Positions 1-4,793 of a stretch of DNA of 6,075 nucleotides are shown here, piece by piece (the stretch's first letter is position 1; the number at the start of each line of letters is the position of its first letter). The notes under the pieces were generated by a model that saw only the letters and a program-made list of their open reading frames with translations, did no database searches and had not been told where the DNA came from. Both the position numbers and the translations under genes were made by a program. The stretch lies in the IMG/VR virus record IMGVR_UViG_3300045988_003265, positions 1 through 6,075 of that record, one strand, 5' to 3'. This DNA comes from a virus.

Positions 1-99
1 TAAACTTTTTGTGCTAAGTTGAGTGCATCCATTGACAAACTGCCATCTGAAACGTCTACGGATGAAATTTCATTTATTCCGTTTACTCCTTCAATCCAA
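1..99. repeat. Terminal overlap copy 1 (identical to 5977-6075), the signature of a circular genome
   Basis: I compared the two copies base by base and all 99 nt are identical. Confidence 0.97.
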
Positions 100-1172
100 T
101 CTGTGTTTATCCAATTTTGATACAGGTCACTGTTATATGTTTTTAGTGCTAGTCCGAATTGTGGAGCTGTTGTTTTTAAATATCCGGTTTGCTTTTCTCC
201 GGACCTTTCGTTGAATTGTTGTAATATAGGTACACTGTCTATTCCTGTTACGCTGAATGTAACATTTCCTTTTGTTGTTAAAATATTATCTCTTAGTGTG
301 TCTAGTGATTCTAGTTCCCATTGTTGTAAACCTACGGATAGACCATTGTAAATTGCATCTAATTCGTATTTACTTGTTGCTTCTAATCCTTGTATTACTA
401 GTTGGTTTCCGGCCCATATACCTATGTCCTTTCCCTTCCAGCGTCTGTATCTTAAATTTTGGCTTCCTATGAATGTAAAGTTTGCTTTTTCTTCGTCTGT
501 TGGTGTTGGTGTGAATGCAATTTTATCTCCGTTTGTGATTTGTTTATTTATTTTTGTGGTATTATAGCCCGTATCGTTTATTGTAATTGTGAATTTTCTT
601 GCTCCTCCAATTGTATAGAATTTGTCTTCTTGAGTATTAGCGTAGTAATTCTTGAATATATCGTAATATCCAATTAGTGGAACTGCATTTTTTTCAACAT
701 TTTTTGTTGTTACTCCGATGAGTGAGCCGTATCCCCTGATTCCTAAGTATGCTAGTAGACAACTTGGATTTACTTGTGTCCATTCGTCTTCCGGTTTTGG
801 GTTGTCTGTATTTTTTAAACCTACATTTAATTGCGGTATTTTTACTTGTGACATATCCAGGCCGATTTTTGTTCTATTGTTGTGTAACCAACTGTTATAT
901 AGTCTGAAAGGTACTGTATACACGTGGTGTTCTAGTTTGAAACTTCCGAATAATGGTCCTACTGTTGGATGTGTAAGTACATTTGCTTCAATATCTATAT
1001 CAATTATGTCTCCTTTTTGCACTAATAGTGTTAAATTAGGTACTAATGTTCCAGGTGCTTGTGTATTCCTGACCACTGTACTTAAGTCGTGAGTTGACAT
1101 GTTGTATGTCTTCAAGTCCACGGACATTTTATTATTGTCCCCAATGGTGTTTTTGCCTATATTTCTTTCCAT
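1..1172 (-). CDS. VP1: Major capsid protein VP1 (phiX174 F-like), 5' part (aa 1-390). It continues across the circular junction into 5976->5226.
   Basis: This ORF is absent from the supplied track because it has no in-window stop. The minus-strand ATG at 1172-1170 is preceded by AGGAGG (1185-1180) with a 7-nt spacer. Hand translation is open down to base 1: MERNIGKNTIGDNNKMSVDLKTYNMSTHDLSTVVRNTQAPGTLVPNLTLLVQKGDIIDIDIEANVLTHPTVGPLFGSFKLEHHVYTVPFRLYNSWLHNN... I checked the first 300 nt triplet by triplet and found no stop. The frame is continuous with ORF 5226..6014 through the 99-nt overlap (1172+751=1923 nt, i.e. 640 codons plus stop). I recognise the N-terminal block (PGTLVP ... HPTVGPLFGSFK ... 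VPFRLYNSW) as the microvirus F/VP1 capsid N-terminus. Confidence 0.9.
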   Translation of the reverse strand, partial: MERNIGKNTIGDNNKMSVDLKTYNMSTHDLSTVVRNTQAPGTLVPNLTLLVQKGDIIDIDIEANVLTHPTVGPLFGSFKLEHHVYTVPFRLYNSWLHNNRTKIGLDMSQVKIPQLNVGLKNTDNPKPEDEWTQVNPSCLLAYLGIRGYGSLIGVTTKNVEKNAVPLIGYYDIFKNYYANTQEDKFYTIGGARKFTITINDTGYNTTKINKQITNGDKIAFTPTPTDEEKANFTFIGSQNLRYRRWKGKDIGIWAGNQLVIQGLEATSKYELDAIYNGLSVGLQQWELESLDTLRDNILTTKGNVTFSVTGIDSVPILQQFNERSGEKQTGYLKTTAPQFGLALKTYNSDLYQNWINTDWIEGVNGINEISSVDVSDGSLSMDALNLAQKV

Positions 1173-1399
1173 TATTTATCCTCCTGATTTTTAATTGATT
1201 TTTCGAATTCGTCTGCTTCCTTAAGTGCATAAACCATTGCTGCCACTAAGTTCCAATCTGTTTTATTGATTCTCATTTCAGCGGCTTTGCGGCTTTTGAA
1301 TTTTTCCTCTGTTGCCAAGTGGTTACCGATTGTAATCATAAATTCGTTTTCGTCTGTATCAGTTGGTCTGATTATAAATGCTTCTTTTAGATTTGCCAT
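1172..1399 (-). CDS. Hypothetical acidic small protein (75 aa), translationally coupled to VP1
   Basis: The ORF starts at ATG 1399-1397, and its TAA stop (1174-1172) shares one base with the VP1 ATG (TAATG). The product is MANLKEAFIIRPTDTDENEFMITIGNHLATEEKFKSRKAAEMRINKTDWNLVAAMVYALKEADEFEKSIKNQEDK. I recognise no family. Confidence 0.6.
   Translation of the reverse strand: MANLKEAFIIRPTDTDENEFMITIGNHLATEEKFKSRKAAEMRINKTDWNLVAAMVYALKEADEFEKSIKNQEDK
1180..1185 (-). promoter_or_regulatory. Shine-Dalgarno-like AGGAGG upstream of VP1
   Basis: The minus strand reads AGGAGGATAAATAATG, which places the SD 7 nt from the VP1 ATG. The element lies inside the 3' end of the 75-aa ORF. Confidence 0.5.
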
Positions 1400-1404
1400 T
1401 TTTT

Positions 1405-1608
1405 TTAGTATTTAGGATTAATATTGATGTGTGTACTATCAACGCTTGACGTTGTTGTTTGTTCGGTCTTTTGCGTTGAGTTTTGATTGTTTTTGCTGAC
1501 GCTTAAACTCATCGTGCAACTTTGCACACAAAGCGTAGTAATGATTGCAATTATTGCGGTCGAAATAGCTCGGATAATTTCTACCCATTGAGTCCCGTTG
1601 ATTTTCAT
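1405..1608 (-). CDS. Small membrane protein (67 aa) with an N-terminal TM/signal-anchor segment, a lipobox-like VQSC and a polar S/T/N/Q-rich tail
   Basis: The ATG at 1608-1606 is preceded by GGAG (AAAGATGGAGACTTATG) and overlaps the micro-ORF stop as ATGA. The product is MKINGTQWVEIIRAISTAIIAIITTLCVQSCTMSLSVSKNNQNSTQKTEQTTTSSVDSTHININPKY. A competing ORF in another frame (1439..1648) covers the same DNA, so the choice of frame is uncertain. Confidence 0.5.
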   Translation of the reverse strand: MKINGTQWVEIIRAISTAIIAIITTLCVQSCTMSLSVSKNNQNSTQKTEQTTTSSVDSTHININPKY

Positions 1609-1697
1609 AAGTCTCCATCTTTAATGTATAAATAACATCCGCTTGCAAAAGCGATTATTAGTAATAGTATTACTAGCCCAAATATTTCTTTTGGCAT
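1605..1697 (-). CDS. 30-aa micro-ORF encoding a hydrophobic peptide with a lipoprotein-type signal (lipobox-like FASGC)
   Basis: This ORF is below the size cutoff of the supplied track, so I translated it by hand from ATG 1697-1695: MPKEIFGLVILLLIIAFASGCYLYIKDGDL, ending at TGA 1607-1605. It starts 2 nt after the stop of the 84-aa ORF (TAAACATG). Its stop overlaps the next ORF's start as ATGA. It has Lys at position 3, an uncharged h-region, and A-S-G-C with Cys at position 21, which fits the general prokaryotic lipobox rule. Confidence 0.4.
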   Translation of the reverse strand: MPKEIFGLVILLLIIAFASGCYLYIKDGDL

Positions 1698-1699
1698 GT

Positions 1700-1954
1700 T
1701 TAAAATAATTTAAGTTGTAAATTTTCTAATTGTTGTAGGTGTTCCTCCCACATGTCATAAATTTTTTCTGTTATCAACCTCCTTTCTTTTCTATTTAATT
1801 TGTATTCTTTAATTACCGTATCTTCGAATATTTCGAATCCTTGAGTAACTTCGCCTGGTTTCATGTTATACCAAGCGAATGTTTTGAACGCCTTGAATGT
1901 ACTAAATTCTTTATTCAGTATCACAAACATTGTCTTTCTTTTTGGTTTTTTCAT
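1700..1954 (-). CDS. Hypothetical small protein (84 aa) with a basic N-terminus (MKKPKRK). An alternative ATG at 1930 would give 76 aa.
   Basis: The ATG at 1954-1952 overlaps the previous ORF by 44 nt, and the TAA stop at 1702-1700 is 2 nt before the micro-ORF ATG. The product is MKKPKRKTMFVILNKEFSTFKAFKTFAWYNMKPGEVTQGFEIFEDTVIKEYKLNRKERRLITEKIYDMWEEHLQQLENLQLKLF. I recognise no family. Confidence 0.55.
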   Translation of the reverse strand: MKKPKRKTMFVILNKEFSTFKAFKTFAWYNMKPGEVTQGFEIFEDTVIKEYKLNRKERRLITEKIYDMWEEHLQQLENLQLKLF

Positions 1955-2132
1955 TTTCTTTAGGATATAATTTCCACGATTCTACTACGCATACTAGTTT
2001 TGTTTCTTCCGGGTCGTTTAGCATAATAGCAAATTTTGTTGCTATTGTGTATGTGTTCATACCTGGAATTTCTCTTTCGATAATTTTGCCTTCATTGTTT
2101 ACATAAATTGCTGTAAATTTTGTTGCTGCCAT
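1911..2132 (-). CDS. Hypothetical small protein (73 aa), first gene after the promoter
   Basis: The ATG at 2132-2130 lies about 55-60 nt downstream of the predicted promoter and has an A-rich leader with no SD. The product is MAATKFTAIYVNNEGKIIEREIPGMNTYTIATKFAIMLNDPEETKLVCVVESWKLYPKENEKTKKKDNVCDTE. I recognise no family. Its composition looks like the other genes. Confidence 0.55.
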   Translation of the reverse strand: MAATKFTAIYVNNEGKIIEREIPGMNTYTIATKFAIMLNDPEETKLVCVVESWKLYPKENEKTKKKDNVCDTE

Positions 2133-2194
2133 AATTAAAAATGTTTTTTAGTTACTATTAGTTTTATTTCTCTTCCTTGTTTTTGATTACATTG

Positions 2195-2226
2195 CAAATA
2201 TACGTGTTTTTTTTGATATCTGCAAA
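2195..2226 (-). promoter_or_regulatory. Bacteroides-type promoter: -33 TTTG (2226-2223), 20-nt spacer, -7 TATATTTG (2202-2195)
   Basis: The minus strand reads AAAATTTGCAGATATCAAAAAAAACACGTATATTTGCAATG. This matches the Bacteroides primary-sigma consensus TTTG-N19-21-TAnnTTTG as I recall it. It is positioned to drive the small-ORF cassette and VP1. Confidence 0.6.
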
Positions 2227-2304
2227 TTTTCTGATATTTGTCTGAAGCTTTTAACTATGATTAACACATCTGTACGGTAGGATGCGCGCCGCTTGAGCGC
2301 TGAT

Positions 2305-2346
2305 GGTGCAATAGAGGGCGCATAGCCCTCCTTAGCGTCTAGCACC
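2305..2346. repeat. Nested inverted repeat: GGTGC/GCACC (2305-2309/2342-2346) enclosing GAGGGC/GCCCTC (2314-2319/2325-2330, 5-nt loop)
   Basis: Direct base-by-base pairing check on the sequence. Confidence 0.7.
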
Positions 2347-2360
2347 TTGATATCGCCAAA

Positions 2361-2393
2361 GGCGCACACCACGGCTTTTGCCGGGTGCACGCC
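2361..2393. repeat. 12-bp interrupted GC hairpin (GGCG-CA-CACC-A-CGGC TTTT GCCG-GGTG-CA-CGCC). On the minus strand it is followed by TTTGG, so it could be a weak terminator for the rep transcript.
   Basis: Pairs 2361-2364/2390-2393, 2367-2370/2384-2387 and 2372-2375/2380-2383 were checked by hand. The minus-strand U tract is only 3 nt, so the terminator call is weak. Confidence 0.6.
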
Positions 2394-2550
2394 CTCATAT
2401 AGGTCTGTTCCTTAGGAAACTGTCCTTTACTTTTTCACTGTCGGTCTTTCCCGCTATACCCCTTGGCCACCCGGCCGGAGGTGTTAAATAAAACTTGTGT
2501 TTGATTATTCAGATTCTCGCCTTTGGACTTGGTTTCCTTGCGCTAGCCTA

Positions 2551-2575
2551 GGCGTATGAGTGGAACTCATTCGCC
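2551..2575. repeat. Hairpin GGCG-T-ATGAGT GGA ACTCAT-T-CGCC (10 bp, one T/T mismatch)
   Basis: Direct pairing check. Confidence 0.7.
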
Positions 2576-2576
2576 T

Positions 2577-2608
2577 GCACGTAGACGACGTCCCGTGTCG
2601 TCCAGTGC
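2577..2608. repeat. Hairpin GCAC..GACGAC(G) TCCCG (T)GTCGTC..GTGC (about 11 bp with a small internal loop)
   Basis: Direct pairing check: 2577-2580/2605-2608, 2582/2604 and 2584-2589/2597-2602. Confidence 0.7.
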
Positions 2609-2691
2609 CGCCGTCGCGTTAGCAGGCGTTAAAATCGGAGCGAAGCGACTTCCTAGAGAAAATTACCCTTTTGGCGGCTGGTCAGCAGCCA

Positions 2692-3690
2692 TCAGAACGG
2701 ACACGTCTCTAGCTGTGTATAGTCTTTGGCTCTCTCTATTGCCCAATATGTTTCTAATTGTTGCAAATCTTTATCTTGTCTTTTCTTTTGTCTTCTTAAT
2801 CTTGATAAATATTTTTGTTGTTCCCAATTTTGTAGATTGTAACCATATAGTCTACATTCTGTTTTACGTCCTTCGTTTAGTAATTGTAAATAATATTCTT
2901 CATCATCTCTATGGACTTTTTGTCCCATTACATAAATTATTCCTTTTTCTATTTTATCCAGGAATAGAGCTTCTTTTTCTTCTTCTGTAAATAGTTGATT
3001 CCTGTAATAAATTGGTAGGTTTATTTTAGACCCATTTCTTAATCTGTAAGTTTCTATTGTTTGTCCCGGTTTGTATGTATGTTTTTTTGCGTCATCTCTT
3101 TTGATATATCCAGCTCCTATGCCTTTGGAGCATAGCACTTTCCCTATAAAGTCTTTGTGTTTTTCATCTATTTTAGTCATGTATTTTGTGATATATTGTA
3201 TTGTTTTTTCATTCACGAAGAGTCCGGTGAATGTTATCCCGTAGTTCCATTTATTTGTAATTAGTTTATCTGTTCCTATTCCCCAAACTATACCGTGCAG
3301 GTGCAATCTCTCTGTTTTTTCGTGCCCTAGTTCTGTAATAAACCAATGTTTAATAGATTTACCTGTTTGTTTTCTGATTCTTTCTAGGCATAATCTAATT
3401 GCCTTGGTGGCTATTTCATTATTGTCTGTAATATTATATGTATTTGATAGTTCGCTATATGATTTATCATCAATTGTTAATGTGATAAAATATGCGTTTG
3501 GTTCTTGTCTTAATTCTTCGCTCATTCTAACTAACCATTGTCTTTGTTTTTGTTGACGGCATTCCATGCATTTTCCACATGCCGCGGTTACGTATAATAG
3601 TCTTTCGTCCGGACATTGAGGCGGTACGCCTCCATTCTTTTTGTTTGGTACATACCGCCTGTTTTTGATTAGTTTTGGATATAGACACAT
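2692..3690 (-). CDS. VP4: Rolling-circle replication initiator VP4 (HUH endonuclease, phiX174 A-like), 332 aa
   Basis: The ORF starts at ATG 3690-3688. Three RCR motifs are visible: motif I-like FITLTI, the HUH motif LHLHGIVW, and the double-tyrosine motif YITKYMTK (phiX174 A has YVAKYVNK). The N-terminus carries a Cys cluster (MCLYP...QCPDE...ACGKCMEC) that is common in microvirus Reps. Confidence 0.93.
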   Translation of the reverse strand: MCLYPKLIKNRRYVPNKKNGGVPPQCPDERLLYVTAACGKCMECRQQKQRQWLVRMSEELRQEPNAYFITLTIDDKSYSELSNTYNITDNNEIATKAIRLCLERIRKQTGKSIKHWFITELGHEKTERLHLHGIVWGIGTDKLITNKWNYGITFTGLFVNEKTIQYITKYMTKIDEKHKDFIGKVLCSKGIGAGYIKRDDAKKHTYKPGQTIETYRLRNGSKINLPIYYRNQLFTEEEKEALFLDKIEKGIIYVMGQKVHRDDEEYYLQLLNEGRKTECRLYGYNLQNWEQQKYLSRLRRQKKRQDKDLQQLETYWAIERAKDYTQLETCPF

Positions 3691-3692
3691 AA

Positions 3693-4733
3693 TTATTGAA
3701 AACCTGTTTTACCTACTTTTGCTCCTAGTGCTGCTCCTGCTCCTTTTGATGCTATTTCTAGCATTCCTAGTATAATGTCTTTAACGAGCTTTTGTTCTTC
3801 AATGTCCAGGCCTTTTTTGCCTAGTTCGTATTTGTTTATTACGTCTTGCACATAGGCTTCTATTTGTTCTTTTTGGTTAATGAGTGCTTTTCCTTTTTTG
3901 GTAAGTTCTTCCCATCCTTGTAAAATTTGTGCCGGAATAGCCTTTGCTTGCTCTTCATTGACTTTTCTTTGGCTTCCTTTGAGTAATATTTCAGCCATCA
4001 GATTTTGAAGTGTTAGAGCGGATTCTTTCACTTTATTGTCAATTGTTCTTTCCTTTAACTCGTTGTCGAGTTTCATTCCGTTGATTTCTTCAGCTAGTTT
4101 ATCGATTCCTTTTTGTAGGCTTTTGATATTCCAGCGTGTTTCCTCGGCTTTGTCTTTTGTCCAATCGGCCATGTTTCGTTTAAGTTCCTCTTCTGCATCT
4201 GCCACTCTGATTTGTCCTAAGATAAGGCCTTTCTTTACTTTTTCATTTGAAGTTTGTGCGATTAGGTTATCGATGGTAGCTTTTTGCAAGTCTGTATCTA
4301 CTCCGGCAATTTTGTCCGCTTCTACTTTATTTTTTTCAGCTTGACTCTTGTTGAGGTCTACTTGCGATGCTATGCTTGCTAATTGTAGTCCTAGTCCTTG
4401 TTGTTTTAGTCCCATTTCTACACTACGGTCTGTTGGTTGTGTCACTCCTTGCCCTTGTGCTCCATTGGCACTTACACCTCCGCCACCTCCCATTCCATAC
4501 ATGAGCGCTGGATTTAGTCCTGCGTTTTTTATATGTTGTTTTTGGTTTTCGTAGTTTGTATAGTCCCACAGGTCTTTGTTTCTTTGTTGATTGTTTTTAG
4601 CCATTTGTTCATTATACCTGTTCTGGATATCCATTAGTCTTAGTTGGTTTCCCCATTGTTCGTTGGCAGTTCCGGAACTCATTGCTGCGTTCAGTCCTGC
4701 CCCGAATATGCTGAATATTCCGTTTCCTAACAT
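3693..4733 (-). CDS. VP2: Minor capsid / DNA pilot protein VP2 (phiX174 H-like), 346 aa
   Basis: The ORF starts at ATG 4733-4731, and its TAA stop is 2 nt before the rep ATG (TAATTATG). The N-terminus is hydrophobic (MLGNGIFSIFGAGLNAAMS). It is followed by a Q/N-rich block, a Gly run (MYGMGGGGGVSANGAQGQG) and a long charged, heptad-like region (KSQAEKNKVEADKIAG...EELKRNMADWTKDKAEETRWNIKSLQKGIDKLAEEINGMKLDNELKERTIDNKVKE). This architecture is typical of microvirus pilot proteins. Confidence 0.8.
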   Translation of the reverse strand: MLGNGIFSIFGAGLNAAMSSGTANEQWGNQLRLMDIQNRYNEQMAKNNQQRNKDLWDYTNYENQKQHIKNAGLNPALMYGMGGGGGVSANGAQGQGVTQPTDRSVEMGLKQQGLGLQLASIASQVDLNKSQAEKNKVEADKIAGVDTDLQKATIDNLIAQTSNEKVKKGLILGQIRVADAEEELKRNMADWTKDKAEETRWNIKSLQKGIDKLAEEINGMKLDNELKERTIDNKVKESALTLQNLMAEILLKGSQRKVNEEQAKAIPAQILQGWEELTKKGKALINQKEQIEAYVQDVINKYELGKKGLDIEEQKLVKDIILGMLEIASKGAGAALGAKVGKTGFQ

Positions 4734-4793
4734 AGTTTTAAGTATTAATTGTTTACATTTTCGAGCTTTTTATTTAAAAGCTTCTTTCCTATT

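Larger units (their letters stand above)
2275..2691. other. GC-rich, hairpin-dense non-coding island of unknown function (candidate structured ncRNA, ssDNA complementary-strand origin, or captured host DNA)
   Basis: A hand count gives 228 G+C in the 420 nt of 2281-2700 (about 54%). Flanking lines give 15/60 (2161-2220) and 14/60 (2761-2820). There is no ATG-initiated ORF. Several GC stems are listed below as separate features. An AT-rich linker (2481-2515) splits the island into two modules. Confidence 0.55.

Noticed and set aside
1-99. Terminal repeat as a biological direct terminal repeat or as att duplications
   Set aside because: It lies inside the VP1 coding frame, and collapsing it restores the gene exactly. 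This is the standard signature of a circular contig that was linearised with an overlap.
23-1092. Four + strand ORFs (23..214, 272..472, 459..677, 718..1092)
   Set aside because: They lie antisense to the uninterrupted VP1 frame. Their products are low-complexity and rich in L/F/C/V/I, as expected for the reverse complement of an A-rich coding strand. Two of them overlap each other, and none has any signal of its own.
2300-2306. CTGATGG motifs (also on the minus strand at 2689-2695) resembling the hammerhead ribozyme CUGAUGA core
   Set aside because: The conserved A9 is a G in both copies. No correctly placed GAAA box or three-stem junction could be drawn. I also could not fit twister-like or pistol-like cores.
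2315-2342. Second dif-like stretch in the GC island (AGGGCGCATAG-CCCTCC-TTAGCGTCTAG), and other GCGCA/GTGCA motifs
   Set aside because: Only the XerC-like arm matches (8/11). The central region scores 0/6 and the XerD arm 5/11. The match is driven by a GC hairpin stem and is much weaker than the site at 4794-4821.
2187-2390. Minus-strand 67-aa ORF (GTG start) covering the left edge of the GC island
   Set aside because: It starts at GTG inside a strong hairpin, runs straight through the predicted -33/-7 promoter and crosses the GC-to-AT compositional boundary. It is most likely a chance open frame. It remains possible if the island turns out to be a decayed gene.
2284-2593. Cluster of 6-bp palindromic restriction-type sites in the island (GCGCGC, GATATC, GTGCAC, TGGCCA, CCGGCCGG, GCTAGC/CCTAGG, GACGTC)
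   Set aside because: Short palindromes are expected as a by-product of GC-rich stem-loops. I see no regular spacing and no evidence of an engineered polylinker. It is noted only as a curiosity.
2676-2690. Hairpin GGCTG-GTCAG-CAGCC immediately downstream of the rep stop as an intrinsic terminator
   Set aside because: It has only 5 bp, and on the sense strand it is followed by GCCAAAAGGG with no U tract.
2275-2691. Possibility that the GC island is a tRNA, tmRNA, RNase P RNA, SRP RNA or 5S rRNA
   Set aside because: It has no GTTCRANNC T-loop and no acceptor/CCA context. The GAGGAAAGTCCGGGC P4 box is absent, with only a loose AAGGAAACCAAGTCCAAAGGCG. The SRP GGAA/AGCA domain IV motif is absent, and there is no 5S similarity from memory. 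A covariance-model search is still needed.
2556-2990. + strand 144-aa ORF starting in the GC island (MSGTHSPARRRRPVSS...)
   Set aside because: About two thirds of it is antisense to the 3' end of rep. The N-terminal part is an Arg/Ser/Ala-rich read-through of GC-rich sequence. It has no upstream signal and its composition changes half way along.
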